Below, piece by piece: positions 59,687 to 64,000 of a stretch of 64,000 nucleotides of DNA. A program made the position numbers and the translations under genes. Numbering within the stretch: the stretch's first letter is position 1; every line of letters begins with the position of its first letter. The notes beneath the pieces were generated by a model. The model ran no database searches, had not been told where the DNA came from, and worked only from the letters and a program-made list of their open reading frames with translations. This DNA is from Candidatus Bathyarchaeota archaeon (GTDB lineage: Archaea > Thermoproteota > Bathyarchaeia > 40CM-2-53-6), in assembly GCA_963726255.1 (NCBI GenBank), contig CAVSBL010000002.1, positions 672,001-736,000 of the forward strand. Reading direction: 5' to 3'.

Positions 59687-60960
59687 CTGCGCCCAACGAT
59701 TACCGAAGCCATTACACGTTCGCGATGGACTTTGGGACAAGCGATTTCAAGTTCGGCCCCATAACTTGCGGAGAGAACCCGAGAATCGTCAACAACCGCG
59801 GATATTTCCCAGACAAGAACTCGGTCATGTACAAGGCTTTTGAATCGACAGCCGACATCATAGTAGGCGAAGACGTTCCACTTTACCTCCAGTCCACCGA
59901 AGACTTGTCCAGTCGCTTAGTCTATCCGATGCGTAACGGGACGATCGAAAAGGGCGACGACACTGCCTGGCGAGTCGTAAGCGCTCTAACGAATTTCAGC
60001 CTGAACGCTTTCATACCGAAACCAAACAACGGGTTCAACGGATACTATATCGTAGCCTCACTCTCATCGGTATCGCCTCGCTACATGTATGAAAGGCTCC
60101 TCGAGCTTTTCGCACAAAACAACGTTAGCGGATTAATCAAGGCAGTAACAGTCATACCCCAACCATTCGCGGTCGCAATTGGGCACGGAGTGACAACTTG
60201 CGTCGTGATTGAGTCCGGGCACGGAAATAGCCAAGTCTGTCCCATCTCGAAATATCCGATCCGTGCAGCTCAAGTCGCGCTTAACCGAGGCGGTGGAGAC
60301 GCAAACGCGATCACCTCCGAGATATTGAAAGACGCTGGGTACGGAGACCTCGCCAACGAAGAAGCGCTTGTCAGGAAAGTCAAGGAAAACATAGGGCTTC
60401 TCCCCGCGGACCTTGACAGCTCCATCAACGAAGCGAAGAAGTCGCCCCGAAGGTTCAGGGCTAGATACAAAGTGCCCGGAACAAGGGTTGAAATCGATTT
60501 AGAGAAAGATTCGTGGACTAGGTTCTTGATAGGTGAGTACGTGTTTAACCCGAACCATGAGATTTTCAAGAGCTACTTCGGCCGCGGGATGCCGAGGCCA
60601 AAGGACGTTAAGATGGGCGAAACCACATTCAGCGGAATGCTCGACTTCGGCGACGCAATTGTTGCGTCAGTGGAACGTTGCCCGGTTGAACTGCAACCCA
60701 TGCTTTACCGCGAAGTGTTGTTGTCCGGCGGGAATTTCAGCTGGACCGTCCCCGAACGCCTCGAAGATACAGCGGTTGATGCTCCTACGAAAATCAAGTT
60801 GCTGCTTAGACAGAAGGGAATCAAAAACGTGTCCGTTAAGATGACGAAATCTCCTCAATTCTCGGTTTGGCATGGCTGCATAATCTATGGATTCGCAGTT
60901 CCGGAGAACTACGAGTGGGATTGGCAGCGCTTGGAGGGGTGGATGAAGTTCAGTGGCTAG
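59683..60960 (+). CDS. Crenactin (archaeal actin)
   Basis: DFGTS phosphate-1, YPMRNG, ESGHG..QVCPI phosphate-2, LSGGN adenosine and SVWHG motifs; true ATG at 59683. Confidence 0.9.
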   Translation: MTAPNDYRSHYTFAMDFGTSDFKFGPITCGENPRIVNNRGYFPDKNSVMYKAFESTADIIVGEDVPLYLQSTEDLSSRLVYPMRNGTIEKGDDTAWRVVSALTNFSLNAFIPKPNNGFNGYYIVASLSSVSPRYMYERLLELFAQNNVSGLIKAVTVIPQPFAVAIGHGVTTCVVIESGHGNSQVCPISKYPIRAAQVALNRGGGDANAITSEILKDAGYGDLANEEALVRKVKENIGLLPADLDSSINEAKKSPRRFRARYKVPGTRVEIDLEKDSWTRFLIGEYVFNPNHEIFKSYFGRGMPRPKDVKMGETTFSGMLDFGDAIVASVERCPVELQPMLYREVLLSGGNFSWTVPERLEDTAVDAPTKIKLLLRQKGIKNVSVKMTKSPQFSVWHGCIIYGFAVPENYEWDWQRLEGWMKFSG

Positions 60961-61621
60961 TCTACCCATCGAGGACAGGTTGCTCCATTACTTTCTGGCA
61001 ATGGGCGCACAGCCGGCAGGAAGGGCGGAAATACCGCAGAATAATCTCGGATTCATCTCGGGTTCTGAGAAAACCCATGTTGTCATCTTGAGGAACGAGG
61101 ATCTTCTCCAGAGGAACAAGGTTATTGAAGCCATACTGAGCCTCACGTCTCTTCGGAATTCATCGCAATTACTCTACCTAGCAGCCCCAAGGCTGCTCGG
61201 AGGCTCTATTGACGCCGCAATTTTCAAGCCCTATGGAATAGGCTTACTGCTCTTTGACGAACGCAGAATCGATGAAGCAGTTCCCTCGCAACCGTCACAA
61301 CGCTCAGAGACGAATCAACAAGTGTCTCAAAGCCCCGACCCAAGCGTGGTCACTGAACTAGCTACCTTAAGGTCTATGTACGCGGAAATGGAGAGAACCA
61401 TTGCCACCCTCCGCGAGGATCTAAAGGCGTTCAAACAAGACTCAGGAACTCACCTGGATCCAACGGAACCTTCTCCGCCAACGCCCATTACCAGACCTGA
61501 ACCGATGTTCGCCAATCCCAACCTTCCCGCGGGAGAGCTTCCATCCTTCTTTGCGAACAACCCGTGGCTGGACGTTCTATCTAAGCGCGGCAGATCGGGG
61601 GACGAGCTGATTGCCGGTTGA
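60953..61621 (+). CDS. Arcadin-2-like actin regulator
   Basis: Directly after crenactin; C-terminal 'NNPWLDVLSKR' resembles the actin-binding C-terminal helix of Pyrobaculum arcadin-2 (NEWVKILRSKR, from memory). Confidence 0.65.
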   Translation: MASLPIEDRLLHYFLAMGAQPAGRAEIPQNNLGFISGSEKTHVVILRNEDLLQRNKVIEAILSLTSLRNSSQLLYLAAPRLLGGSIDAAIFKPYGIGLLLFDERRIDEAVPSQPSQRSETNQQVSQSPDPSVVTELATLRSMYAEMERTIATLREDLKAFKQDSGTHLDPTEPSPPTPITRPEPMFANPNLPAGELPSFFANNPWLDVLSKRGRSGDELIAG

Positions 61622-61880
61622 AGTGGTCGTGAAAGTGCCGATACGGAGAATCCCCGTCGTCATTGACCTGAAGGATCCACTCGCACCTGAATTAGGCTTG
61701 GAGGATTTCAGAAAACTGTTCGGCAAAGACCCTGAACAAGATCGTTTCAGGATCCTGAATATTGAAGTCCTCACATCCCCCGACGACCTTCAGCCTATGC
61801 TCGTTTCGGAATGTGGAAGATACGCACGCTTTCTCCGTCGAGAATCTGATTATGCCTATTTCCGCAAGACAGTGGACTAA
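61611..61880 (+). CDS. Small protein in the crenactin operon (candidate arcadin-3)
   Basis: Overlaps the previous stop; assignment by position only. Confidence 0.5.
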   Translation: MPVEVVVKVPIRRIPVVIDLKDPLAPELGLEDFRKLFGKDPEQDRFRILNIEVLTSPDDLQPMLVSECGRYARFLRRESDYAYFRKTVD

Positions 61881-62032
61881 AACAACGCGGCGAACGGGTC
61901 GGAATGGAGCCGTATATCAAATTCCAGCGTCCAATGATGGCATATCCAATATATCTTCGGTAATCAGCCCCCAATGGCCGAAAACGTCTCATAATGTTTG
62001 AATCAAATTAGAAACGCTAAAATTCGACATAA

Positions 62033-62043
62033 CACTTAAATAG
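62033..62043 (+). promoter_or_regulatory. Candidate TATA box upstream of tfb
   Basis: 'acttaaata' about 125 bp upstream of the ATG. Confidence 0.3.
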
Positions 62044-62165
62044 GGTGCAACCGTGGTTATTATAGCTTTCGGGCCGGATGACGAAGTTCTGAAGCAGAAC
62101 GACGCCGCGTTGTTCTACTAAGGAGAGATGGTCCGAGCGTTAAGCATCGAGTAGGTAAGAAGAAA

Positions 62166-63098
62166 ATGAGTACGAGCACAACGACAAAGAAAGTTGGAAA
62201 ACTTACCAACTGCCCCGAATGTGGTAGCACGAACCTGGTAGAGGACTACGACCAAGGGGAGATAATCTGCCAGAATTGTGGTTTGGTTATCAGCGAACAT
62301 GCCCTGAACCAAGGGCCTGAATGGCGTGCCTTCACGAAGGAAGAGAAGGATGAGCGTGGACGCGTAGGGATCCCAACGTCATTCTCGATTCATGATAAGG
62401 GCCTTTCGACCGTGATCGACCGCGTTAACCGAGACGCGTATGGTCGTCAACTTCCACTGGCAACTAGGCTGGAAATGCTTAGGCTTAGAAAATGGCAGAT
62501 TAGAACCCGTGTACACTCCTCAGCGGACAGAAATCTTGCGCAAGCGATGGCCGAACTTGACCGCTTGACAGATATGCTGCATATACCGGCGCCGATTAAG
62601 GAACGCGCAGCCATAGTTTACAGAAAAGCCCTGGACAACGGCTTAGTCAGAGGCCGTTCCATAGCCGCAATTGCTGCTGCATCGCTCTATGCAGCGTGCA
62701 GAATTTCGGAAACACCCAGAACACTCAAAGATGTCTCGGCGGCCAGTAGGATTCGAAAGAAGGATGTTGCGAGGTGTTACCGTCTCCTCGTCCGCGAATT
62801 GGACCTACGAATGCCAGTTGAGGATCCGGTTAAGTGCATCTCGAAAATAGCCACTAAGGTCGAAATCTCAATGCCCACGCAGCAGCGTGCGATTAAGATC
62901 ATCAACGAAGCGAAGAGGAAGGGCATTGTTGCCGGAAAAGACCCTATGGGCCTTGCTGCAGCGTCACTCTACGTCGCGTGCGTCCTAGAAGGGGAAAAGA
63001 AAACCCAGAAAGAGATAGCTGAAGTAGCTAACGTTACCGAAGTCACCGTCCGAAACAGGTACAAAGGACTTAAAGAAGCACTGAAACTCGACATCTAA
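62166..63098 (+). CDS. tfb: Transcription initiation factor IIB
   Basis: CPECG...CQNCG ribbon, GPEWRAF, RGRS, GKDP, TEVTVRNRYK. Confidence 0.97.
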   Translation: MSTSTTTKKVGKLTNCPECGSTNLVEDYDQGEIICQNCGLVISEHALNQGPEWRAFTKEEKDERGRVGIPTSFSIHDKGLSTVIDRVNRDAYGRQLPLATRLEMLRLRKWQIRTRVHSSADRNLAQAMAELDRLTDMLHIPAPIKERAAIVYRKALDNGLVRGRSIAAIAAASLYAACRISETPRTLKDVSAASRIRKKDVARCYRLLVRELDLRMPVEDPVKCISKIATKVEISMPTQQRAIKIINEAKRKGIVAGKDPMGLAAASLYVACVLEGEKKTQKEIAEVANVTEVTVRNRYKGLKEALKLDI

Positions 63099-64000
63099 AC
63101 CCGTTGAGTTAGCTTCGCAGCTGTCTCAAACCTTTCTTTTATTTTTCCAACCAGTTCCTGTTCACTAACACTGAACACTATTTTCAGGCATTCCGCCGCA
63201 TCCCTGATGGGACGGATGCGCACCCCTTCGTCTTCCAGCATTCGCATTTCATCATGTGCGGCCTCGACATTCGCGACAGGCAACACCAAATCCGTGATTC
63301 GTATTCGCCGGGACTTGAGAATGCCCACGATCTTTCCGGTTTGAGTTCCGTAGCCTCCAAGGCCGCCTACTGGGCCAACATCAAGCTTGACTCCAATAGT
63401 TCCCGTCGCAACAATTGCAGGTGAAATCGGAAGGCCTGCAAGTTCTGAGAACAGTGCGAGGACCATTGCCAGGCCAGCGCTGGGCCCTGACACGCCTTGG
63501 CCGGGCGCACCTTCCAAGAGGCTTCGAACTTGAAAATGTATATGCAGACGGCTGAGGTCTATGTTGCAGGCGGTCCAGAGCCATGACCTAACCGCTTCCG
63601 CGGCATTCTGTGCGCTCTGGAGAACTGACTCGTCCGGGACGACCGCCTGTCCAACAACAAGTGATGTGGAATTACCTGTTACGGATACGAGCTTTTCACC
63701 CGGGATAATCGGCCTACTCGAACACTCCACGGTGATGATTCCACCCGTTCCATCATCAGCCGCATAAAGACCGAATGATGCTCCTGCCGTGGGCGTGGTC
63801 AAAATGAGGGCCTCTTCCAGTTCCCTTCGCTGTCTCTCTTGGCTAGACTCGAGAGCTTGAATTGCTTTTTCGAAGTGGTAGAGACGGATTGGGTAACAAG
63901 TCTCGTCGACCTTCTGCAAAGTCAGATTATCGTCCGTTCCGACCACCGATTGCAACCTGTCTAAGTCCGCTTCGTATCGCTTCTTGACGAAGGTCTTCTC
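63095..64000 (-). CDS. Lon/S16 protease-domain protein, 5' truncated by the window edge
   Basis: HIHF, SGPSAG, ATGTI, VGPVGG and LVLPVAN; the frame is open to 64000. Confidence 0.8.
   Translation of the reverse strand, partial: EKTFVKKRYEADLDRLQSVVGTDDNLTLQKVDETCYPIRLYHFEKAIQALESSQERQRRELEEALILTTPTAGASFGLYAADDGTGGIITVECSSRPIIPGEKLVSVTGNSTSLVVGQAVVPDESVLQSAQNAAEAVRSWLWTACNIDLSRLHIHFQVRSLLEGAPGQGVSGPSAGLAMVLALFSELAGLPISPAIVATGTIGVKLDVGPVGGLGGYGTQTGKIVGILKSRRIRITDLVLPVANVEAAHDEMRMLEDEGVRIRPIRDAAECLKIVFSVSEQELVGKIKERFETAAKLTQRV

Noticed and set aside
1-64000. CRISPR array, rRNA, IS element or provirus
   Set aside because: No regularly spaced repeats, rRNA-like sequence, transposase, integrase or capsid gene was recognised.

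Overview
Chromosomal window from an archaeon of the TACK group (TFB, A-type ATPase, pantoate kinase, geranylgeranyl reductase, crenactin with an arcadin-2-like gene, BHB-intron tRNA). It is most consistent with a respiring Bathyarchaeia-like lineage, although taxonomy is inference only. In order, it holds: a copper/thiol-redox cluster ending in CopA; pncB; a Rieske-cytochrome b-CuA protein-heme o synthase operon; the membrane arm of a 2M-type complex I, interrupted by an oppositely oriented partial A-ATPase block; isoprenoid and gluconeogenesis genes; a ~16 kb Rhs/YD-repeat locus; housekeeping and CoA genes; a tRNA-Gln; a crenactin operon; tfb; and a truncated Lon-like gene. Highlight 1 is an archaeal Rhs polymorphic toxin/immunity-like system. 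One ~2050-aa Sec-type Rhs gene (split by a 1-nt frameshift) is followed by six orphan tip + partner-gene modules that all lie in INVERTED orientation, and one module carries a captured inverted copy of the locus flank (3' serA + tRNA-binding gene). Highlight 2 is a tRNA-Gln(CTG) gene that folds into a 76-nt cloverleaf only after removal of four introns.
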